NCBI RefSeq assembly: GCF_006345805.1
Contig: NC_042998.1
Coordinates: 186,310,001-186,374,000, forward strand
DNA length: 64,000 nt
Origin: Octopus sinensis
Lineage: Eukaryota
Reading direction: 5' to 3'
Below, piece after piece: positions 23,701 through 35,708 of the stretch (position 1 is its first letter; each line of letters opens with the position of its first letter). The position numbers and the translations under genes are program-made. Under the pieces are notes generated by a model. It had not been told where the DNA came from, ran no database searches, and saw only the letters and a list, made by a program, of their open reading frames with translations.

Positions 23701-26456
23701 AAACTAAGAGACCTGGATGTTGTGTCATGTGAGAAAGTGGCTGAGAACTTTGAACATCATTAGTTGGTATGATTAAAACAGAACATTTTAGTAGTTGGTA
23801 GTCAGAAGAGATGGTACCTTGAAAGGGCAGAGACTTAGGATTGGATAAGTGTTGATACAAGAGCCTGAAGGTAAAAAGGTAGTTAACATTCAGGAGAGTA
23901 CAGCCTTTACACTGGTTCCCATGTGGACCCTGGCTGATATTAGAAGTTTCAGTTAGGCATCAGTGTACAGTAGAAAATATTTAAAGATGGTCAGAGAGGG
24001 AGAATAAACTGTGTATCTGTGTAATGTTTGAGGCATGTTGGTGAGGTAATCTTTGCTGATCAGTCAGGTGACCTATACATAACTGATCTTGGTATGATTC
24101 GTCAGAGTTATTTAGAGGAACATTTATTGAAAATATATCATTTGGTATTTTGTGAAGGGATAAATGTATTTTATATATATTTGACTAATTTAGGATGAAG
24201 AGAAAGTCTTTGATTAAATTCTATGGTTGAGTGTGTCTTTAATTCATATGCTCATTTCTTTGATTTATTAGTCCTAGAAAGGAGAACTGCTAGAATAGTT
24301 TAATTTCACAAATTTTGTACAATGCTTTATATTCCTTGTTTAACGAGTGTTGGTTTACATGATCTTCAATTAGTATATTCAGTTATACAGCAGTCCTGAG
24401 GGTATTGTATTAAGTGCTAAAGATATTGATGTAGAGTTACTAATTTGTATGTCTTGCCAAGTAATAAGAATGCAGTTTATTATCTTCTCAGGATGAATTT
24501 TTTAATTGTTTTTTGTTGTTGTTTTTTCTTTTATACAGGCACACACAGAGGGGTAGGGGCATCAGTCTGTTTTTTTTTGTTTTTTTTTTTCATTTCAAAT
24601 GTACCCCTCTATTCAGAATTCAAATATATTCTTCGAATATATATTCTATTAGCTTTTGTTTCTCAGCTGTTAGTTCAATTAGTGCTCATTCAAAAAATAT
24701 GCAAATTGTCCAACTTGATATAATCACCAATGTGCAAAAACTAAAATTAATGAATGTGTTTAAGTTAGTTAATAATTGATTAAACAACATACGACTTTTA
24801 CATTTGAAATTCATTTTTAAAATAATATGATTTTCATTAAAAGTGAATAAAAATATTTAGATTATTTATTACAAGATGATGCAACTCTTTCACAGGGATG
24901 ACAACCACAATGGACCCTTCTTCCCTGGATACCATTCTTACTGTCACCTTTTATTGTTCATGTTTGGTTATGTATCTACTTTACAAATTATTATGATTAC
25001 ATGAGAGTAATAGGACTAAACAAGAATTCGGCTTTCAAAATTTTCATGAACTACAAAGAAGCCAATCTCTGAAATTCATGTAATAAATAGCCTGCTTGAT
25101 TGGATTTATTATTTTCATAATCAAATAGGTGCTGCCTCTCCAAAGAAAAATAATGGCAAAAATGTTTGAATATATATTTATAATACATATATATCACCAT
25201 GGTAATAACAGAAACATTGTAACTTGTCTGAATTTGACTAATAACTCAGAATGTATTTAATCCATTTAAACTAAACAATGTATCTGACTGACAGAAAACA
25301 AGATGACATACTGCTTAACATTGGGAAAAGAATCATCATCATCATCTTCATCATCGCTTAATGTCCGCTTTCCATGCTAGCATGGGTTGGACGGTTTGAC
25401 TGAGGGCTGGCGAACCAGATGGCTGCCCCAGGCTCCAGTCTTGATCTGGCAGAGTTTCTACAGCTGGATGCCCTTCCTAACGTCAACCACTCCGAGAGTG
25501 TAGTGGGTGCTATTACATGCCACCAGCACGGGGGCCAGACAGGCAGTACTGGCAATGACCTCGTTCAAATCTTTTTACACATGCCACCGACACAGGTGCC
25601 ATCCTTGTTGATGATGAAGGAGTGATGAATATTTTCAAGTACAGGAAAATTTTTAAGTGCAGGAGAATGCTATTTTGATTTATTAAATTATATTGGTTTC
25701 TGTATTCTTCAGTATGGATTTGTCATATGTAAAGAAGGCTCTAATATTTACATTTGTATTTGTGATAAGGATCAACATTTTTCTATGGCTGCATGAGAGC
25801 TGTGACTCTCATAATAAATGGCTCACAGTATATTTCTTTAAATTTCTAATTTATATAGGTGCACATGGCTGTCTAGTTAAAGAGAATGCTTCCTAACTAC
25901 ATGGTTTTGAGTTCAGTCTTCCAATGTGGCATCTTGAGCTTGTGTCTTCTACTATAGCTCCAGACTGACCAAAGTCTTGTGAGTGGGTTTTGTAAATGGA
26001 AACTGAAAGAAGCCTAGTGTCTATGTGTGTATGTGTATGAATTCATATTTTCTCATCTGAACACATTTGTTCATTGTAAACAGTGGCTTTGCTAGCAGTG
26101 TCATTTGCTTGCAGTCCACTATGAAAGCACATCTGAGTTTCTTGACATGCCTTGTCATGTTGAATGATCTTTGTGAACAAAAGGCTTGTCCATCTGGAGT
26201 CAGTTGTTTCTAGTTTTCCAGTTATACATATCCATGCTATTCATTGTTTGATAGACTGGGAGATTAATACTTCACCTGGAAACATATGGGGTTGATAACA
26301 GGAAGGACATCAAGCCATAGAAAACTTTGCCCAAACATACTTTTGTCTGACCCATGCAAGCATGGAAAAGAAGACATTTGAATGAAATGTACATACAGAA
26401 AAGTGCTATAATGTTTATGAGAAAACCAGTATACATAAAACTGCAAACTTAATTTA

Positions 26457-26490
<34 letters not shown>

Positions 26491-29400
26491 ATTGGCAATA
26501 TGATTTTTTTAAATGCTGTGAGGATTGATGTCTTTAAACTGAGTTGTTACCCTTCTGAAAGTCTTTGCATGTCATTGCTTATATATATATATATGAAACC
26601 ATGCTAATTTCTTTCTTTGTTTTATTCCTTAAGCTTTAAACTTAATAAAGTGTTATTTTAAAGGCAAAAATATTCAATGTTTTTCAAATTTGGATTTTTA
26701 TCTATTTTGGGAAACAGAAAGAATGCTATTATAATCTTGAAGTGAAGCAGAAGTTTTACTTTACAGGTCTACTGATGATATGATCTGTGTACTATTTTCA
26801 TCTTATTAATGTTCTCTTTGTAAATTGATTAATGCCTGTGATATTCTGGCTTTTCTTTACAAGTATATATTCATATGAATTAATTTCGCATTTTGCTTTT
26901 TTTATCAATACCATATGTAATGTAGCTGTAGAATTACTAGTTCCAAGAATCCTTTCCAAATGTAGATTTCACCCAACCACCATTTTCTCTACAATGTTGG
27001 ATCATCTAAACCTTACCTAATCAATGCAACACATATCACATCACCCTGCTACCCAACAATCTTCTGTCTTACAAACATCTATTTTTTTCAAATCAGTTAA
27101 CTGGTCAGAGCTTCACAAGTTTTATACTGGCCATTCTTGGGACTAAATGTGCTTGTCTTTGACTTCTCCATCACAGCTAAGTGCATGATTGAAACTGTTC
27201 TCTTAAATCTGTCTCTCCATATGACCTCTTTCACTCAACGAAATGGCACAACTCCAGACCCCCAAATTGTCTGCTCACAATTGTGCCGCAGCAGTACAGA
27301 CAAAAGATTCCACCTACATCACTTTAGGGAATTCACTTACCAACAAAGCTAAAAGACTTTTACTCATCACTGAAATTCCTGAAAGGTGACTATCAGGAAA
27401 TCAAATAATGATTTTGTGTGCCACACAGCCTTCAAGCTCTATCACTTTTCAAAATGCATGGAGGACATTGCATCTTATAAGCAATGGTAGCATTACAATC
27501 AATACTCCTTCATCATTATCAAGACACAATTGCTATTAATATCAAGAGAACACTTTTTTAGCCACACCCTTCTAATACATGAACAACCATAGCAATCAAA
27601 ATCATTAAAACTCACAATATGATCTCTCTACAGTGTGACTTCATATATATATATAACATTTCAAAACATCTTCCCAAAGACTAGGCTTCAGAAACAGAAA
27701 ATACTGTGATCAATTGCTGACCCACTGCAAAGCTCAAGTAAAAACCACATTTGGAGGACTGCTCAATATCTGGTATAGTACTGTAGCTGCAATCCAACAT
27801 TCTAGATTACATCCATTGGAATGTCATTTAACTAAGTGGCAAAATTTCATTCACGAACACACATCAACAACTGACCATAAGTCTACTGTTTCTAATCTCT
27901 GCTCCTCTGAACTATCAAGTTGCATACAACCCTTGTTAAGTTCTGAAACAGGATTCTCTTTGTAATATCCAAATCCTGCATTAAACACTGTGAAGTCATT
28001 CCTCCCCAAAGCTACAATCTTCTCAAATGTTTTCACACATTTTCCATCCAGACATCATCCTCATCATCGCCATTTAACATCCGCTTTCCATGCTAGCATG
28101 GGTTGGACGATTTTGACTGAGGGCTGGCGAACCAGATGGCTGCACCAGGCTCCAATTTTGATCTGACAGAGTTTCTACAGCTGGATGCCCTTCCTAATGC
28201 CAACCACTCCGAGAGTGTAGTGGGTGCTTTTTACGTGCCACCAGCATGGGGGCCAGTCAGGCAGTACTGGCAATGACCTTACTCAAATCTTTTTATACAT
28301 GCCATCGGCACAGGTGCCAGTAAGGTGACGATTCTCTTTGTAATATCCAAATCCTGCATTAAACACTGTAAAGTCATTCCTCCCCAAAGCTTCAATCTTC
28401 TCAAATGTTTTCACACATTTTCCATCCAGACATCAACTTAAAAATCAAACAGAACATCAGTGACATGAGTCTGGATTGTGCAGACATTGTAAGCAGTGTT
28501 TCTCCCTCTTTTGTTTTATAACAGAAAGGTATCACTAAGTAGTTTATTGCATTTTGTCCACTCTCAGCCATAGTTCCAAATTCTACAAGAATCAGTTCTG
28601 CCTTTCAACTCACCACAGTTAGTAAAATATACAAGTAATATTTGGGGATCAATCCAACTAAATATACTGCCACAAAACTTTTGGATTTTATACTTTGCTG
28701 AAATAATATTTTTGTTGCTAAATGTTTGATTAGTATATTTTTTGTTTTCTTGTTTGTTTGTTTATTTCACCAATATTTTGATAAAATTGCTAAATTCATT
28801 TTGTTGTGATAAATATGTTTTTGTTTGGTCAGTAAAATATTTTAACATGTATTTTATATACATCATTTGTCAATGGCATTCTTTAATATATCCTGATCAT
28901 ATCTTAAGATTCCTTAGCTACAATTTTCTTATTATTTTATTTACTGTTTTACTTAATACTGCAAATGTTTTAAAATATATCTAAAATAGTATTCTTATGT
29001 ATATCACATTTCATTTTAATTTTTCCAGATATGGATTTTATTTCTAAATGTTTGAGAAATGTTGATATCAATAACCTACTGTTTGTATACAACATTTCAA
29101 CTAGTTTATTTTTCAGTTATCTTCATGTATATGTCTCCTTATTGCACTTACTAAGGAATGCTCTTAAGTGTGAAATACTTTAACCCTTTCATTACTATTT
29201 ATTTTGAGATGCTCTCTGTTTCTTTCAATTACTTTAAATACAACAAAGAATTTAGTAAAATAACTTGGTTATTATTAAGCTAGTGCTAGGAACATAAATT
29301 GTGACTAAGGTTTGGTGGAAGATTTTAATTCAAAACTTATGGAAACAAGAATTTATAGAGGCTGGTATTCAGCTGATATTTTCCTTGTTTGTGATGCTGG

Positions 29401-32400
29401 TTTCAGCCAGTTTCAGCCGGGTTGGTAACGAAAGGGCTAATGTGCACAGGAAATCCTTAAATATCTTTATGGATTAAAATGTTATACTATACCCATATAA
29501 TCAAACTTGGAGTGCTGTATCTAGCAGAAGTTTGGTGGAAACACCCATGATAATTATCCAGTTATAATTATACAATGATACTAATGAATAAGAAGAGAAA
29601 TAGGTTTAAAACTAATTTGCAATTTGATCAGGCATGGATTTTTACTGGATAAAAATCTTAACTGCTGACTCTGTACACTGTATTCAGTCATTGATTTCTT
29701 TCTTTGCCAAGTAGCATTTTTGTTTTCAGAAAATACATAAGGCCAAGTAGAAAACTTTAAACATATTTTAGTAAGCATTATTTTAGTGCTACTATTTTGT
29801 CCGTAGGTTATAAATTTGAAGAGGCACTGTTTCTTTAACATATTAATGTTTAATGTCCTCAAAGCAAGACAATCAGAATGGATGGAAGCACTCCGTCGGT
29901 TACGACGACGAGGGTTCCGATTGATCCGAATCAACGGAACAGCCTGCTCGTGAAATTAACGTGTAAGTGGCTGAGTACTCCACAGACACGTGTACCTTTA
30001 ACGTAGTTCTCGGGGATATTCAGCGTGACACAGAAAGTGACAAGGCCAGCCCTTTGAAATACAGGTACAACAGAAACAGGAAGTAAGAGTGAGAGAAAGT
30101 TGTGGTGAATGAGTACAGCAGGGATCACCACCATCCCCTGCCGGAGCCTCGTGGAGCTTTAGGTGTTTTCGCTCAATAAACACTCACAACGCCCGGTCTG
30201 GGAATCGAAACCGCGATCTTATGACCGCGAGTCCGCTGCCCTAACCACTGGGCCATTGCGCCTCCACGAAGACAATCAGAATATTATGTATTACAAAGAA
30301 TTTAATTAAATATTTAAGTAAACTTTATGTATTGATGGATTGAGAGTTGGATCATGAGTTCAAGCCCAGGCATTAGTATTCTTTCCATCAAGCAAGGTAT
30401 GTTAATATACATTGATCAGGAAACTTTGATTAAAATATGTGCTACATTTATACAGCATCACAAACAAGGAAAATATCAGCTGAATACCAGCCTCTTGGTT
30501 GAAGAAATGAGTTTGTATTCCATTATTACACTGTTATACAAAGAGCAAGACAATGACATTTCTGGCCACATTTACCTGACAGAACAAATAAATTAAGGAC
30601 GAAGAGCTACTTGACAGCAGAACACTGAACTAATAAAGAACTAAAGAGCAATTTAGTAGTCGTCAGCTTTGAGATTAAATCTTCTCATATAACAGGGATG
30701 GAATTAATTTGAGGCATGAGAACAGAGAAGTCACAAGGTCTTGATTATCTGTAAATAATCTTATTGAATTTATTTAACAATTGTTTCAATGCATAAAATC
30801 ATTCAATACATATTAACTTGCAGAGAAAAATACACAGTTTGAAACATGCTGAAAACATTTTCCTTAATGACAGAGCATATTTCTGAACACCTAATAATTG
30901 AAATATCAAATGTAAAGAGATAACGAAGATAGGTCAATGTATCCAGTTTGGTGTTTTCCTATTTTGTTTGGAAATCCTACTGTTCTTTGATCACTTATTA
31001 TAAATTCTTTTTTAACTGTTATCTCCAAAGAATCATTGCATATGGGGTTTGAGTAAATTGATAAATTGATTTTACTGCTCATCTACAAATATATTGACCT
31101 TGATTCTCGGCAAAAGAAACCAGTATTAAACAGAAAGGAACTCCTATGTTGTAAGGTTCACTAATAATTCTATAAAAAACAAAATTCTTCAATCATACAA
31201 AAACTGATTAAAACGATGTTTGTTCTGCTTTTCATAGGTAAAAGTTGCAAAAGAAACCTTTCATTCAGAAGATGTTATTGATTGCGATGCTGATGATGAA
31301 GAGGAGCACAGAGATGGGCAAGTTTCGCCAAAAGCTGTCGGACACAACATATTCATTTTAGCCCATCAGGTTATTTTATTTTCATGTTCTCTCTCTTTCT
31401 CTCGCTCTCTCTCAATGCTTTCTCTATTCTCATTGTCATCATGTCACCTTATTTATAATTTAACCCTTTAGCATTCAGATTATTCTGTCAAATGTAAAGC
31501 TTATGTATTCACACCGTGTAAAATTAATCTTGCATCATTTCATGGCTTTGAGATTTCAATGATGTGATTGTTTATTTTTAAAATGACACAATAAGGTAGC
31601 TATGAATGACCATATCTGACTAGTTTGAACATAAAATAGGTAGAATATTTTGGATGGATATGGCCGGTTTAAACACTAAAGGGTTAATCAGATGAGAGTT
31701 GACTCTATACAGCTGCCAAGTTGGCTTGCTTATGCTGTTTGTCCACCTCTTCTGGCAATGTAGTCTCAGTCAGCATGGACAATAGGATAAGTTCTCAGTT
31801 GTGAAACTTAGTGCCTTGGAGACAGCTTACCACTGATAACTTACTGTCCCTTTGACATGACATCCTTAACAATGGTTCCCTTCTGATAATTTAGATTATA
31901 CAAGGTAGAGGAGAATTTTAGTACCCAGTCAATGATGTGGTGTGGTTGATGAGAAAAAAAAACAGATGAAATTATAATGATGCAGTAGAGATTTGATGTT
32001 GTGATATTAAATAATAAATATACTTTCACTTTTTCAGCTTTCCCAACATAACAAAGAACTGGCAAGTCTGCTGAAACCAACTGGTAAAGATATCTATGGA
32101 GATCAAGCCCTAGATTTTTATGCTAAACATACAGCCCAAATTGAGGTAAGTAGGCTTGTAAATTATATTATGAATGAAGGCAATTGCATGAAGGGGTGCA
32201 GATCACTAACAGTGGAGAGAACATGTGGAAGGGGTAGACCCAGGAAGACGTGGGATGAAGTGGTGAGAAAGATTCTTCTGACATTGGGCCTCACAGAGAT
32301 TATGACAGGGGACTGAGACTTCTGGTGGTTTGCTGTGCTTGAGAAGACATGTCAAGCAAAGTAAACTCGTGGTTGTCCTTGAATAAAGACATGTCCCCTG

Positions 32401-33276
32401 CATCCCTCTTCAGCTGAGCTTTCCTTGTCTTGTAGGATTGTTGGTGATGATGCCACATAAAAAGCTCCTGTACCAGTGTCACAAAAAAACACCCATTCCA
32501 GTGCTGTGTAAAAGCACCTGCTATACTCTGTAAAGTGTTTAGCATTAGGAAGGGCTTCCAGCTGTAAAAACCATGACAAAACAGACATGGCGCCTGGGCA
32601 GCTCTTCAGATGGCCAATTCCCATCGGACCATGCCAACCCATGCCAGCATGGAAAACAGACGTTAAATGATAATGATGAAGTTATTTAACTACATTGGAT
32701 TTCATCAAATCGACCTCTAATCTAGGATATCTATCCCATTTGATATTTTCAGGAATAATGTGCCCCAACTACTTTATCTAATATATCCATTTTTAAAACA
32801 TGGTACGGTTTGAGGAAGATTTGGTTGCTATTTCTCTTGGGTTAAGTAACCACATAGACATTTCTTTACTGATGTTTGTATGTGTACATGCATATGCACA
32901 TCTTTCTAATCAGTCAAAAGCTACAAATTAAGCATTAGGCTTTATCCTACGATACTGAATTATAAATATTGTTTGTATCTTAACCAAATATCTTCCATAC
33001 GCATACATGTGTATTTTACATAAGCAATTGGGTCTCCTTAATTTTTAATAATGTTAATTCGTATACATTTTATCTCTTACTTGTTTCACTCATTAGACTA
33101 CACCCATGCAGTCAGATTATCAACCCCAGGACTTATTCTTTTTTTTAAGTCTGGTACTTATTCTATTGGTCTCTTTTGCCAAACCGCTAAGTGATGGGGA
33201 CATAAACACACCAACACCAGTTGTCAAGCAGTGGTGGGAGACAAACACATACATAGACACATACACACACACATAC

Positions 33277-33310
<34 letters not shown>

Positions 33311-35673
33311 ATAATAAAATAATATATAAACATATGCACATATACATACATATATGTAAATACCTACATCTATATGTATATATACATGCATATATGGGTA
33401 CAGGACACCAAAAAAACATTGAACACAATGAGAAACGAAAACATGAAAACAAAAACATAGAAACGGACTTTTTTTCAAACAATGAAAAAACAGAGTACAA
33501 GACATACAACACAAGGAATATTCCCCTTCTTCAGTTGTCCCTGTTTCTGCCATTCCATATATATATATATGATAGGCTTCTTTCAGTTTCTACATACCAA
33601 ATCCACTCACAAGGCTCTGGTTGGCCGACAGCTATAGTAGAAGACATTTACCCAAGGTGCCACACAGTGGGACTGAACCTGCAATTATGTAGTTAGAAAG
33701 CAAGATTCTTACCGCACAGCTACACTTAATAACACTTTATGTACTCCATTCTTTGATGGAACATAAGATGCAGCAAAAATTTTTGCTCTCAATTAAAATG
33801 ATTGGAAACCAGTTAAGATTTTAGAAACCTGATCTCTGACGTTCAAAATAATTGTACCTTATATGTTTTATTTTTGTTTTTATTTTATTATAGATTGTGC
33901 GAAATGACAGAACATTAGAAAGAATAGTTTTTCCGATCCCAGAGATATGTGAATATTTAACAGATGAAACTAAAAACAAAGTCTATTATACTGCAGAGCG
34001 AGATGATCAAGGGAGCAAAGTAGCTGATTTCTTTGAGCGACATGAAGATATGTTTGCTGAAATGAAGTGGCAAAAACAACTTCGTGGTATAGTCTTTGTT
34101 ATTCATTTATATAAATATCACCAGTTAATATGAAATTGTACATTAGTTGAGAGCTGAGATGATGCCACTTCATGCTAAATTACTTATCGGTAAATAAATA
34201 GATGACTTTAGCTGACAGGATGGCCGAGCGCTCTAAGGCACCAGACTCAAGGTGTGTTACCTTAACCAGAATGAAGAGTATTCTAGTCCACGAATGTGGG
34301 CGTGGGTTCAAATTACCAATGTCGCTTCACTGACACCTGTGCCGGTGGCACGTGTAAAAAGATTTGAGCGAGGTCATTGCCAGTACCGCCTGACTGGCTC
34401 CCGTGCCGGTGGCACGTAAAAAGCACCTACTACACTCTCAGAGTGGTTGGCGTTAGGAAGGGCATTCAGCTGTAGAAACTCTGCCAGATCAAGATTGGAG
34501 CCTGGTGCAGCCATCTGGTTCGCCAGCCCTTGGTCAAAATCGTCCAACCCATGCTAGCATGGAAAACAGACGTTAAACGATGATGATGACTGTGTTATTG
34601 CCATTGAAATGTCATGAATATAATAACATCAGTTGATATCAAATTATGTGGATTGGTAGGTGTCTTCAACGCTTGTGTTTCAGTCTGTATGAAATGCAGG
34701 CTATAAGAAATAAAGTCAAAATATAAGAAATATGATAGTGTATGCTAGTGAAACATAAGTGGTTAATATATTGAGGATATACAATGACCCTAGCAGAATG
34801 AACTGCGAATTATCTGCAGGATATTTAATTTTACCTTTAGGGAAACATTATAGTGTAGATCTGTGATTCCCAATTTGGGGCATGGTAATATTTTGGTGAG
34901 GTATGTTGAATTTATACCTTTTGTACACAATGTTTTGTATACCAATGAATTATTAAAAAAAAAATTCTTTACATCCCTTCTGTGGACACAATTTTATCAA
35001 ATTTTGGACACTTTACAGATAACAGGTCGTTTTCATCATATTCATAAGATCTGATGTCACTAAAGAGGGAATAGATTATTTCCTTCAATTTAGTGGTATG
35101 TGAGAACATGTAGGTAATTACAAATGCATGTGTGTGTGCATGTGTGTATGTAGTATAGAACTGGTCAGTACTGAATACAATGCCATCTTAATTCCCTATG
35201 GAGAAATAAACTGTAGACAGACTTATGTGTACAGGTGTGTCTAAAAGTATTGACTCTTTATCTCCAGTGGCGACAAAAATCAGGGTACACAAGAAAAATG
35301 TGGTGCTGCAGAGTGTTGATGGGGCAATAAATGGCGTTGGGGGCTGAGGGATGAAAGAATTGAATGGTGTGGAATGGAAGTAAGGGGTAGTGCCAGTGAA
35401 GGAAGAGAAAGAGGCAAAGAGAGAGACAGACAGATAGAGAGAGAGAGATTTATGGTACAAGTAATGCACGTCGGGCGAAATGCTTAGCGGTATTTCATCT
35501 GCCGTTACGTTGTGAGTTCAAATTCCGCCAAGGTCAACTTTACCTTTCATCCTTTCAGGGTCAATAAATTAAGTACCAGTTATGCACTGGAGTCGATGTA
35601 ATCGACTTAATACCTATGTCTGTCCCCTCTATGTTTAGCCCCTTGTGGGTAATAAAGAAATAGGTACAAGTAA

Positions 35674-35708
<35 letters not shown>

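Noticed and set aside
26950-27950. Possible old RTE/CR1 reverse-transcriptase remnant on the minus strand
   Set aside because: Only vague motif resemblance by eye; it needs a profile search, so it is not listed as a feature.
33106-33696. 196-aa ORF and other long ORFs rich in YI/HT/CV runs
   Set aside because: Translations of TA/CA/TG microsatellites within SINEs.
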